Source of the DNA: Eledone cirrhosa
Taxonomy: Eukaryota
Length of the DNA: 64,000 bases
Reading direction: 5' to 3'
Assembly: GCA_964016885.1 (NCBI GenBank)
Contig: OZ024743.1
Span: 37,014,001 to 37,078,000 of the forward strand
Every line of letters begins with the position of its first letter. Position 1 is the first letter of the stretch. A program made the translations under genes and the position numbers. Positions 1-10,951 of this stretch are shown in pieces. Under the pieces are notes generated by a model. The model ran no database searches, was not told the origin of the DNA, and saw only the letters and a list, made by a program, of their open reading frames with translations.

Positions 1-45
<45 letters not shown>

Positions 46-100
46 TATATATATATACATATACACATATATATACACATATATATACACATATATATAT

Positions 101-154
<54 letters not shown>

Positions 155-507
155 TTCCTTTATGTGTGTGTGTGCAAAAGTTAAATTACTGCCATTAAAA
201 ATACAACAGACAAAAGTAATTAAAATTTCCTTTTATACGTAAGATATCAAGAACAGGTAAATGGCTTTTATGTTCTGTTTCGATGTTTTGTGGACTATTA
301 TTAATATCATTATTGTTGTTGTTTTAATTATTTTCGTGTTTAATTAGTACATATCGGAAGCACTAAAGTTAAGTTCAATTCAGTTTTAAAATCAATTTTG
401 CCATACACACACACACACACACCCACACACCCACACACACACACATGTATGCGCACTCGCATATTTGAATGTAGCTGTTTTTTCAATTTTTCAAGAGCAC
501 TAGTGGG

Positions 508-571
<64 letters not shown>

Positions 572-640
572 CACTCTCAAGCGTGAACCTAATACCAACA
601 CTGTTCGTACTACACTTTTAGTTATTGTTTTTGTTTTTTA

Positions 641-685
<45 letters not shown>

Positions 686-760
686 GTGTATGTATATATA
701 TATATATGTATATGTGTATGTATATATATATATGTATATGTGTATGTATATATATATATG
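1..760. repeat. Microsatellite blocks: (AT)n/(ATAC)n 1-152, (AC)n ~405-445, (GT)n ~512-566, (AT)/(ATGT) ~644-760
   Basis: Direct reading of the sequence. Confidence 0.95.
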
Positions 761-904
761 CTTCTTTGTTCTCCGCCTTTCATTAGTTTGTTCTCTGAAA
801 CAATCTGATTATTGGCAGATATTTCGTTAGTTTCCCCATCTATAAATGAAGATTACTTTTCCGCATCTCGTAGGAGAGAGGAAGAGAACATAGAAGAGTG
901 GAGG

Positions 905-2095
905 AGACAGAGCGGGTGGAGAGAGTAGAGTAAGAGAGAGAGTGCGAGGGAGAGAGAGAGGGGGGGTAACAGAGAGAGTGTGTGTGAGGGAAAGAAAGCG
1001 AGGGGGAAGGTAAAAGAGAGAGGGGTAGGGTAAGACAGAGTGTGTGAGGGGGAGAGAGAGAGAGAGGGGGGTAGGGTAAGAGAGAGAGTGTAAGGGAGAG
1101 AGAGAGGGGGTAGGGTAAGAGAGAGTGTGTGAGGGAGAGAGAGAGATGGGTAGGGTAAGAGAGAGTGTGTAAGGGAGAGAGAGAGTGTGTAAGGGAGAGA
1201 GAGAGAGAGTGTGTGTGTGTGTGTAAGGGAGAGAGAGAGGGGTAGGGTAAGAGAGAGTGGGTGAGGGAGAAAGAGAGAGGGGTAGGGTAAGAGAGAGTGG
1301 GTGAGGGAGAGAGAGAGAGGTAGGGTAAGAGAGAGTGTGTAAGGGAGAGAGAGAGAGAGTGTGTGTGTAAGGGAGAGAGAGAGGGGGTAGGGTAAGAGAG
1401 AGTGTGTGAGGGAGAGAGAGAGAGGAGTAGGGTAAGAGAGAGTGTGTGAGGGAGAGAGAGAGAGGAGTAGGGTAAGAGAGAGTGTGTAAGGGAGAGAGAG
1501 AGAGAGTGTGTGTGTGTAAGGGAGAGAGAGTGGGTGAGGGTAAGAGAGAGTGGGTGAGGGAGAGAGAGAGAGGGGTAGGGTAAGAGAGAGTGTGTAAGGG
1601 AGAGAGAGAGAGAGTGTGTGTGTGTGTGTAAGGGAGAGAGAGAGAGGGGGTAGGGTAAGAGAGAGTGGGTGAGGGAGAGAGAGAGGGGTAGGGTAAGAGA
1701 GAGAGAGAGAGAGGCGTAGGGTAAGAGAGAGTGTGTAAGGGAGAGAGAGAGAGAGAGAGTGTGTGTGTGTGTGTGTAAGGGAGAGAGAGAGGGGGTAGGG
1801 TAAGAGAGAGTGGGTGAGGTAGAGTGAGAGAGGGGTAGGGTAAGAGAGAGTGTGTAAGGGAGAGAGAGAGAGAGAGAGTGTGTGTGTGTGTGTAAGGGAG
1901 AGAGAGAGGGGGTAGGGTAAGAGAGAGTGGGTGAGGGAGAGAGAGAGAGGGGTAGGGTAAGAGAGAGTGTGTAAGGGACAGAGAGAGAGTGTGTGTGTGT
2001 GTGTAAGGGAGAGAGAGAGGGGTAGGGTAAGAGAGTGTGTGTAAGGGACAGAGAGAGAGAGTGTGTGTGCGTGTAAGGGAGAGAGAGAAAGAGAC
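905..2095 (+). repeat. Complex purine-rich minisatellite built from modules GGGGTAGGGTAAGAGAGAGT / GTGTAAGGGAGAGAG / GGGTGAGGGAGAG / (GT)n
   Basis: Repeated modules, almost no C on the + strand; the 438 and 414 aa - strand ORFs are translations of this repeat. Confidence 0.9.
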
Positions 2096-2220
2096 ATGGG
2101 ACTCCTCGAACAAAACAGGAAACAGAAAAAGACAGAAGATCAAAAATAAAATGTTTATTTGAAGAATAGCATTTTTTCTCGTTTTATTCTCTTTTTATAT
2201 TAGCTCAAATCCGTTCTATT

Positions 2221-2740
<520 letters not shown>

Positions 2741-3057
2741 TACACTCATCAATGCTGTTTCTGCAGTAAAGACACCCTGACACCCTATAAATGCATTAAA
2801 TGATTAAACTCTTACTCCCACCCACCCTTCAACAACCACCACCACCATGGCTTCTATACTTCTCTCCCCCACCCCCTCTTTTACATCTTTACCATCTCCT
2901 CTGTCATTGAAACTAAAGAGAATCTACCTTTCAGCAATTCATTTTTTGCTTTACAACCTTTGTCATACTTTTTACACACAAACTCAAACAACTTCACACA
3001 CATGTATATAGTTCACATTTTACTTCTGTATTTCAATTGTATGTATTTCTCTCATTC

Positions 3058-3088
<31 letters not shown>

Positions 3089-3158
3089 CATACATACATG
3101 CATACATGCATGCATGCATGCATGCATACATACATACATACATACATACATACATACA

Positions 3159-3747
3159 TGGTGGCTGCCAACTCGTTTTCGAGTACGGCCACTACTTTAT
3201 ATCCATGTAGGAGAACCCCTACCGATGCGCTGAACGAGTGTGACTTTTTAGTCCAGCCAGCGACTTGAAAACTCTGGTACAAACACTACACTTGTGACAA
3301 TTATTGACACATAGTGCTGGGCCCATGGTACCATGTGACGACAAGTGCAGAGAGATCTCCAGATATAAAGCAATGCCTGTGCCGTGAAGCTTTTATAGTG
3401 AGCAAAGGCACTGCACAAAGCCAGTCCCACTCTCTTAACCAAGATGATATTTACCAAAAAGAAGAACAAGTCAACATCATTGGATACCATCAGGGTTGCA
3501 GGTGTTATATCAGAGTTTTCCTTCTCCTAGAATTCTGCCTTGACAAAGGCTAAGGGGTCATCTCTCCCGGTGATTTTGGATGGCCATTGACTCTTAAGAG
3601 CTCCTTTGCCCTTTGACAGGTTTTGTTTTTAGTCCTGCAGGATGTCCAAAGTCACCCTCCTCACCAAGAAACCTTGGTGGGGTTGCCAGTTTAGTCGCCA
3701 ACGACCCGACCATGGGACAGGTTGTACTGGGATACATGTTACCAGTA
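3159..3747 (-). mobile_element. Non-autonomous bipartite RTE-derived retroelement, copy 1 (lacks ~20 nt of the 5' end), (TATG)n tail 3058-3158
   Basis: On - strand: RTE 5'UTR-like CTAGGAGAAGGAAAACTCTGAT, then the RTE ORF C-terminal C2H2 remnant ([24 protein letters not shown]), 3' end GGCCGTACTCGAAAACGAGTTGGCAGCCACCA and a microsatellite tail; no RT. Confidence 0.75.
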
Positions 3748-3833
3748 CATACATACATACATACATACATACATACATACATACATACATACATACATAC
3801 ATACATACATACATACATACATACACACATACA

Positions 3834-4443
3834 TGGTGGCTGCCAACTCGTTTTCGAGTACGGCCACTACTTTATATCCATGTAGGAGAACCCCTACTGA
3901 TGCGCTGAACGAGTGTGACTTTTCAGTCCAGCCAGCGACTTGAAAACTCGGGTACAAACACTACACTTGTGACAATTATTGACACATAGTGCTGGGCTCA
4001 TGGTACCATGTCACGACAAGTGCAGAGAGATCTCCAGATATAAAGCAATGCCTGTGCCGTGAATCTTTTATAGTGAGCAAAGGCACTGCACAAAGCCAGT
4101 CCCACTCTCTTAACCAAGATGATATTTACCAAAAAGAAGAACAAGTCAACATCATTGGATACCATCAGAGTTGCAGGTGTTATATCAGAGTTTTCCTTCT
4201 TCTAGAATTCTGCCTTGACAAAGGCTAAGGGGTCATCTCTCCCGGTGATTTTGGATGGCCATTGACTCTTAAGAGCTCCTTTTCCCTTTGACAAGTTTTG
4301 TTTTTAGTCCTGCAGGATGTCCAAAGTCACCCTCCTCACCAAGCAACCTTGGTGGGGTTGCCAGTTTAGTCGCCAACGACCCGATCATGAGACAGGTTGT
4401 ACTGGGATACATGTTACCAGTAGCACCAACTGGGGACCTGACA
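3834..4443 (-). mobile_element. Bipartite RTE-derived element, copy 2 (longest form, ~610 bp), tandem to copy 1
   Basis: Near-identical to 3159-3747; flanked by (CATA)n on both sides. Confidence 0.8.
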
Positions 4444-4506
4444 TACATACATACATACATACATACATACATACATACATACATACATACATACATACAT
4501 ACATAC

Positions 4507-5376
4507 AAAAAAATTGACCAATTTACAGAAAAAGTTGTGCATGGATACTTGAGGCGTAAAACACAGACCATAGAGGGGATAAACGACTCAAAAAGCCTGG
4601 CGAGGAGTTCCGACAAGTTTATGACATCACACCTTGAGGGATATCTCTATGCAATACAGGAACAAGAACTCCCTACCAAATATCTGCTGCACAAAAGAGG
4701 AGGGCCAGCAGCTGACAATAAATGTAGGCTATGTAAAACAAAGATCGAGGATGTAAGCCACATTGTTGCCAGCTGCGAAAGAATGTCATCTCGCTACTAC
4801 CTCCCCATGAGACACGATGGGATAGCTAGAACCATCTGGAACGCACTTCGGAAAACAAAATTAACAACAAACGAGGAAGAATATATTGAGACAGATGGCA
4901 CTACGGAATACTGGTGGAACCTGAAAATAAAAACTGCCACCAAATTAAAGCACAACCGGCCTGATATTGTTGTTTGGGACCACACATTGAAAACGTGTTC
5001 TGTTGTGGAGTTCAGCTGCCCACTTGATGTAAACGTTGTCAGAAAAATACAGGAGAAGGAGGACATCTACGGACCATTGATGAGGAGTTTACAAATCCAG
5101 TATCCAAGATACACCTTTAGCTTCATACCCATCATTATAGGTGCTACGGGTTATATACCAACCCGCTTGGACCAAAGTATGACTGAATTTGGATTTGCGG
5201 ACAAAAAGCGCAGCTCCCTAATTCATAGTCTACAAATAGCTGCGATAGCTGGCACCTTCAAAATTTGCAAAACATTCTTGCGATTCAAGGGATGACCATT
5301 TCTTTTCTTTTACAACCTTGCCACCAGGAAGGTGGCCGGTCAAAAAAATATACTCGAAATTAGGAGAAAGAGAAAA
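4507..5376 (+). mobile_element. 5'-truncated R4/Dong-type RLE non-LTR retrotransposon inserted in (CATA)n; ORF remnant ends 5295
   Basis: AIQEQEL, CRLC...HIVASC zinc knuckle, RHDGIA, RPDIVV..VEFSCP (PD..D/E endonuclease), K..Y, PIIIGATG; (CATA)n on both flanks. Confidence 0.85.
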
Positions 5377-5394
5377 CATACATACCTACATACA

Positions 5395-5793
5395 TGATGG
5401 CTGCCAACTCGTTTTCGAGTACGGCCACTACTTTATATCCATGTAGGAGGACCCCTACGAGTGTGACTTTTTAGTCCAGCCAGCGACTTGAAAACTCTGG
5501 TACAAACACTACACTTGTGACAATTACGGACACATAGTGCTGGGCCCATTGTACACTGTGATGACATGTGCAGAGAGATCTCCAGGTACAAAGCAATGCC
5601 TGTGCCGTGAAGCTTTTATAGTGAGCAAAGGCACTGCACAAAGCCAGTGCCACTCTCTTAACCAAGATGATATTTACCAAAAAGAAGAACAAGTCAACAT
5701 CATTGGATACCATCAGGGTTGCAGGTGTTATATCAGAGTTTTCCTTCTCCTAGAATTCTGCCTTGACAAAGGCTAAAGGGTCATCTCTCTCGG
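5395..5793 (-). mobile_element. Bipartite RTE-derived element, copy 3 (5'-truncated)
   Basis: Matches the 3' ~400 bp of copies 1 and 2. Confidence 0.8.
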
Positions 5794-5894
5794 AAGATAT
5801 ATATATATATATACATATATACATCCACACATATATACATACATATACATATACATATATACACATACATATATATACATATATATATATACAC

Positions 5895-5939
<45 letters not shown>

Positions 5940-5997
5940 CACATATATATATATACACACATATATATATACATATATATATATATATACACATATA

Positions 5998-6605
5998 TGT
6001 CAGGTCACGAGTTGGTGCTACTGGTAACATGTATCACAGTACAACCTGTCTCATGGTCGGGTCGTTGGCGACTAAACTGGCAACCCCACCAAGGTTTCTT
6101 GGTGAGGAGGGAGACTTTGGACATCCTGCAGGACTAAAAACAAAACCTGTCAAAGGGCAAAGGAGCTCTTAAGAGTCAATGGCCATCCAAAATCACTGGG
6201 AGAGATGACCCCTTAGCCTTTGTCAAGGCAGAATTCTAGGAGCAGGAAAACTCTGATATAACACCTGCAACCCTGATGGTATCCAATGATGTTGACTTGT
6301 TCTTCTTTTTGGTAAATATCATCTTGGTTAAGAGAGTGGGACTGGCTTTGTGCAGTGCCTTTGCTCACTATAAAAGCTTCACGGCACAGGCATTGCTTTA
6401 TATCTGGAGATCTCTCTGCACTTGTCATCACATGGTACCATGGGCCCAGCACTATGTGTCAATAATTGTTACAGGTGTAGTGTTTGTACCAGAGTTTTCA
6501 AGTCGCTGGCTGGACTAAAAAGTCACACTCGTTTAGTGCATCGGTAGGGTTCTCCTACATGGATATAAAGTAGTGGCCGTACTCGAAAACGAGTTGGCAG
6601 CCACC

Positions 6606-6606
<1 letters not shown>
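5998..6606 (+). mobile_element. Bipartite RTE-derived element, copy 4 (full length, opposite orientation)
   Basis: Reverse complement of 3834-4443; (TA)n tail. Confidence 0.8.
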
Positions 6607-6662
<56 letters not shown>

Positions 6663-6847
6663 CATATATATATATGTATATATATATATACATATACATA
6701 TATACACATTTATATATATATTAGGGTAAATATTGATGCAATTCATTTCAAGCACTCAACGTACTTTTTCCACATAGGAGTGACGGAGTAAATATCGAAT
6801 AAGTAAAAGCGAAGTAGTTTCAGATGTTCAAGTCCTTTAATAATAAT

Positions 6848-6921
6848 GCTGTGATATATATTTCAATGACGACACTGGCCACACTGTTCTGTGTGCGAGT
6901 GTCGTGACATCATCAGACAGC
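6848..6921 (-). ncRNA. Type I hammerhead ribozyme (second, divergent copy)
   Basis: Reverse complement of 7279-7352; stem II contains ACGACACT/AGTGTCGT and CACAC/GTGTG. Confidence 0.75.
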
Positions 6922-7278
6922 TTGTTACATAATAAGGTTGTTTCCGAGGCAATCCAAATTGAATTGACATGGGAACGGATGAAGTTCGTGCTTTTGGGTT
7001 TTTCATCCGTTCCCTTGTGAGTACCAATTCACCCCCACCGGTCTGCGCAAGCGCATGTCCGAAGGAAGTTGACCATTAGCACCGCAGATTTCAGCGAAAT
7101 TCGCTGTCATTGGCCCACCTATGCCTTGCCAAAGTTTACTGCTACCCATCGCTACTGTGACAGTCAGCCGAAAACCAGAGGGGATGGGAGGGTGTTAGTT
7201 TTTATAGGTCATAATACTACCTTTCACTAAGCGTCGATTCAATTTTATTGCCGCGGAAACAACCTTATTATGTAACAA

Positions 7279-7352
7279 GCTGTCTGATGATGTCACAACA
7301 CTCGCACACAGAACAGTGTGGCCAGTGTCGTCATTGAAATATATATCACAGC
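7279..7352 (+). ncRNA. Type I hammerhead ribozyme (PLE-type variant)
   Basis: Stem I GCTGT/ACAGC, CTGATGA 7284-7290, long stem II, GAAA 7336-7339, palindromic ATATATAT stem III, AUC triplet with predicted cleavage after 7347. Confidence 0.75.
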
Positions 7353-7411
7353 ATTATTATTAAAGGACTTGAACATCTGAAGCTACTTCGCTTTTACTTA
7401 TTTGATATTTA

Positions 7412-7431
7412 TATATATATATATATATACA

Positions 7432-7521
<90 letters not shown>

Positions 7522-7695
7522 CATATATACATATATATAAATATATATACATACATATATAAATACATATATATATACATATATATATAATATATATATA
7601 TACACATATATATTTAATATATATATATACACATATATATATACATATATATATAATATATATATATGCACATATATATATACATATATATATAC

Positions 7696-7744
<49 letters not shown>

Positions 7745-7843
7745 TATATACATATATATATATACATATATATATACATATATATATAATATATATATAT
7801 ACACATATATATATACATATATATATAATATATATATATACAC

Positions 7844-7928
<85 letters not shown>

Positions 7929-9014
7929 TATACATATATATATATAGACACATATATATACAAATATATATATATACATACATATACACATATATATATA
8001 TATATATACAACATATACACATATATATACATATATATATATATATACATATATATACATATAAAAGTGGATGAATACCTCAACAGACACTATGTACTTG
8101 TAGAAATATGCAAGTTGTTTATAATATTTGTGGTTCAATGGTACTAATTTGAGTTACCAGAACAATATAAATATATACATACACATACATATATATATAT
8201 CCATACATATACATATATATATACATATATATATATACATATATATATACATGCATATATACATACATATATATATACATATATACCCATATATACATAT
8301 ATATACACATATACACCCATATATACATATATATACACATATACACATATATATACTCACATATACATACACATATACACATATATACATACATATATAC
8401 ATATATATACACATATATACACACATATATATATATATACATATATATACACATATATATACATTTATATATATACGAACATATATATACATATACATAT
8501 ACATATATATATACATATACATACATATATACATATACATATATATACATACATATACATATATATATATACATATACATATACATACATATATACATAT
8601 ACATATATATACATACATATATATATATATATACACACATATATATACATATACATATACATACATATATACATATACATATATATACATATATATATAC
8701 ATATATATATATATGTATATGTATATATGCATATATATATATATACATATATATATATGTATATATACATATGCATATATATATATATACATATATATAT
8801 ATGTATATATACATATACATATATATATATACATATATATATATGTATATATACATATACATATATATATATACATATATACATATACATATACATATAT
8901 ACATATACATATACATATATACATATACATATATATATATACATATACATATATATACATATATACATATACATATATATACATATATATATATACATAT
9001 ACATATATATATAC

Positions 9015-9045
<31 letters not shown>

Positions 9046-9829
9046 CATATATATATATACATATATATATATACATATATATATATACATATATATACAT
9101 ATATATACATATATAAACATATACATACATATATATACATATATATACATATATATACATATACATAATATACATATACATATACACATATACATATATA
9201 TATTTATATCAAGATATCAAGATAAGCAGAACAAGTAAAATTCAACCGATTTTTCAAAATAAATCAAAATTAATATACAATTAAAATTAATCAAAATTAA
9301 AAAATATAATATAAATATTTACCTATTCAAATGGCCCTAACTGTACAGTTTCACGGTGCAAAACATTAGATATCACGAGGATATATATATATATACATAT
9401 ACATATATATATACATATATATATACATATATATATACATATACATATACATATATATATACATATACATATACATATATATATATATACATATACATAT
9501 ACATATATATACATATACATATATATACATATATATACATATACATATATATACATATACATATATACATATACATATATACATATATATACATATATAC
9601 ATATATATACATATACATATATATATACATATATATATATACATATACATATATATGTATATATATGTATATATATATATACATATATATGTATGTATAT
9701 ATGTATATATATGTATATATATATATATGTATATATATATATGTATATATATATATGTATATATATATATATGTATATATATATGTATATATATGTATAT
9801 GTATATGTATATATATATGTATATATATG

Positions 9830-9920
<91 letters not shown>

Positions 9921-10485
9921 GTTTATGTATATATATATGTATATGTATATATATACATATATACATATATATATAAAATATATATATACATATATATATA
10001 TATACATGTATATATATATATACATATATACATATATATATACATATATACATATATATATACATATATATATACATATATATACATATATATATACATA
10101 TATATATATACATATATATATACATATATATACATATATACATACATATATATGTATATATATATATATATATACATATATACATACATATATATATATG
10201 TATATATATATATATACATATATACATATACACACATACATATACATATATATATATACATATACACATATACATACATATATATATACATATACATACA
10301 TATACATATATACACATACATATACATACATATACATTTACATATACATACATATATACATATATATATACATATACATACATATACATATATACACATA
10401 CATATACATACATAGACATTTACATATACATACATATATACATATATATACATATACATACATATATACATACATATACATACAC

Positions 10486-10553
<68 letters not shown>

Positions 10554-10637
10554 ATATACACACATATATACATACACATATATATACACACATATATACA
10601 TACACATATATATACATATATATACATATATATACAC

Positions 10638-10682
<45 letters not shown>

Positions 10683-10876
10683 CATATATATATACATATA
10701 CATATATACATATACATATATATACATATATATACATATACATATATATACATATACATATATATGTATATGTATATATATATAAGTATATATATATGTA
10801 TATGTATATATATGTATATACATATATATACATATACATATATACATATATATACATATACATATATACATATATA
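7412..10876. repeat. Large (AT)/(ATAC)/(ATGT) compound microsatellite with two short unique inserts (8063-8170, 9203-9380)
   Basis: Direct reading; the 9203-9380 insert carries a hammerhead 3' half (TGAAACTGTA) on the - strand and is probably a PLE pLTR remnant. Confidence 0.9.
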
Positions 10877-10951
10877 ACTTTGAAATGTTTTGGCCAGTAT
10901 TGGCCCAGGCCATGTCTAACTTAATAGTACCACCTGGCGAAGTCTTTCAAT

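Larger units (their letters stand above)
6721..7411. mobile_element. Non-autonomous Penelope-like mini-element: ~180 bp inverted repeats (6789-6968 / 7233-7411), each with a hammerhead, in (AT)n
   Basis: Arms are near-perfect reverse complements; 264 bp non-coding spacer; (AT)n on both flanks. Confidence 0.7.

Noticed and set aside
827-2143. 438 and 414 aa Leu/Ser/Pro/Thr ORFs
   Set aside because: Pyrimidine strand of the minisatellite, open in several frames, no coding signal
4288-4506. N-terminus of the 335 aa ORF
   Set aside because: Chance in-frame read-through from the antisense RTE-derived element and (CATA)n into the truncated R4 ORF
5998-6120. Twister ribozyme in the RTE-derived 5' end
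   Set aside because: GAGGAGGG is present but the conserved CCGGTCCCAAGCCCGG-type core is absent
3314-6452. Repeated 79-80 aa ORFs resembling a small gene family
   Set aside because: Incidental frames in near-identical copies of the RTE-derived repeat
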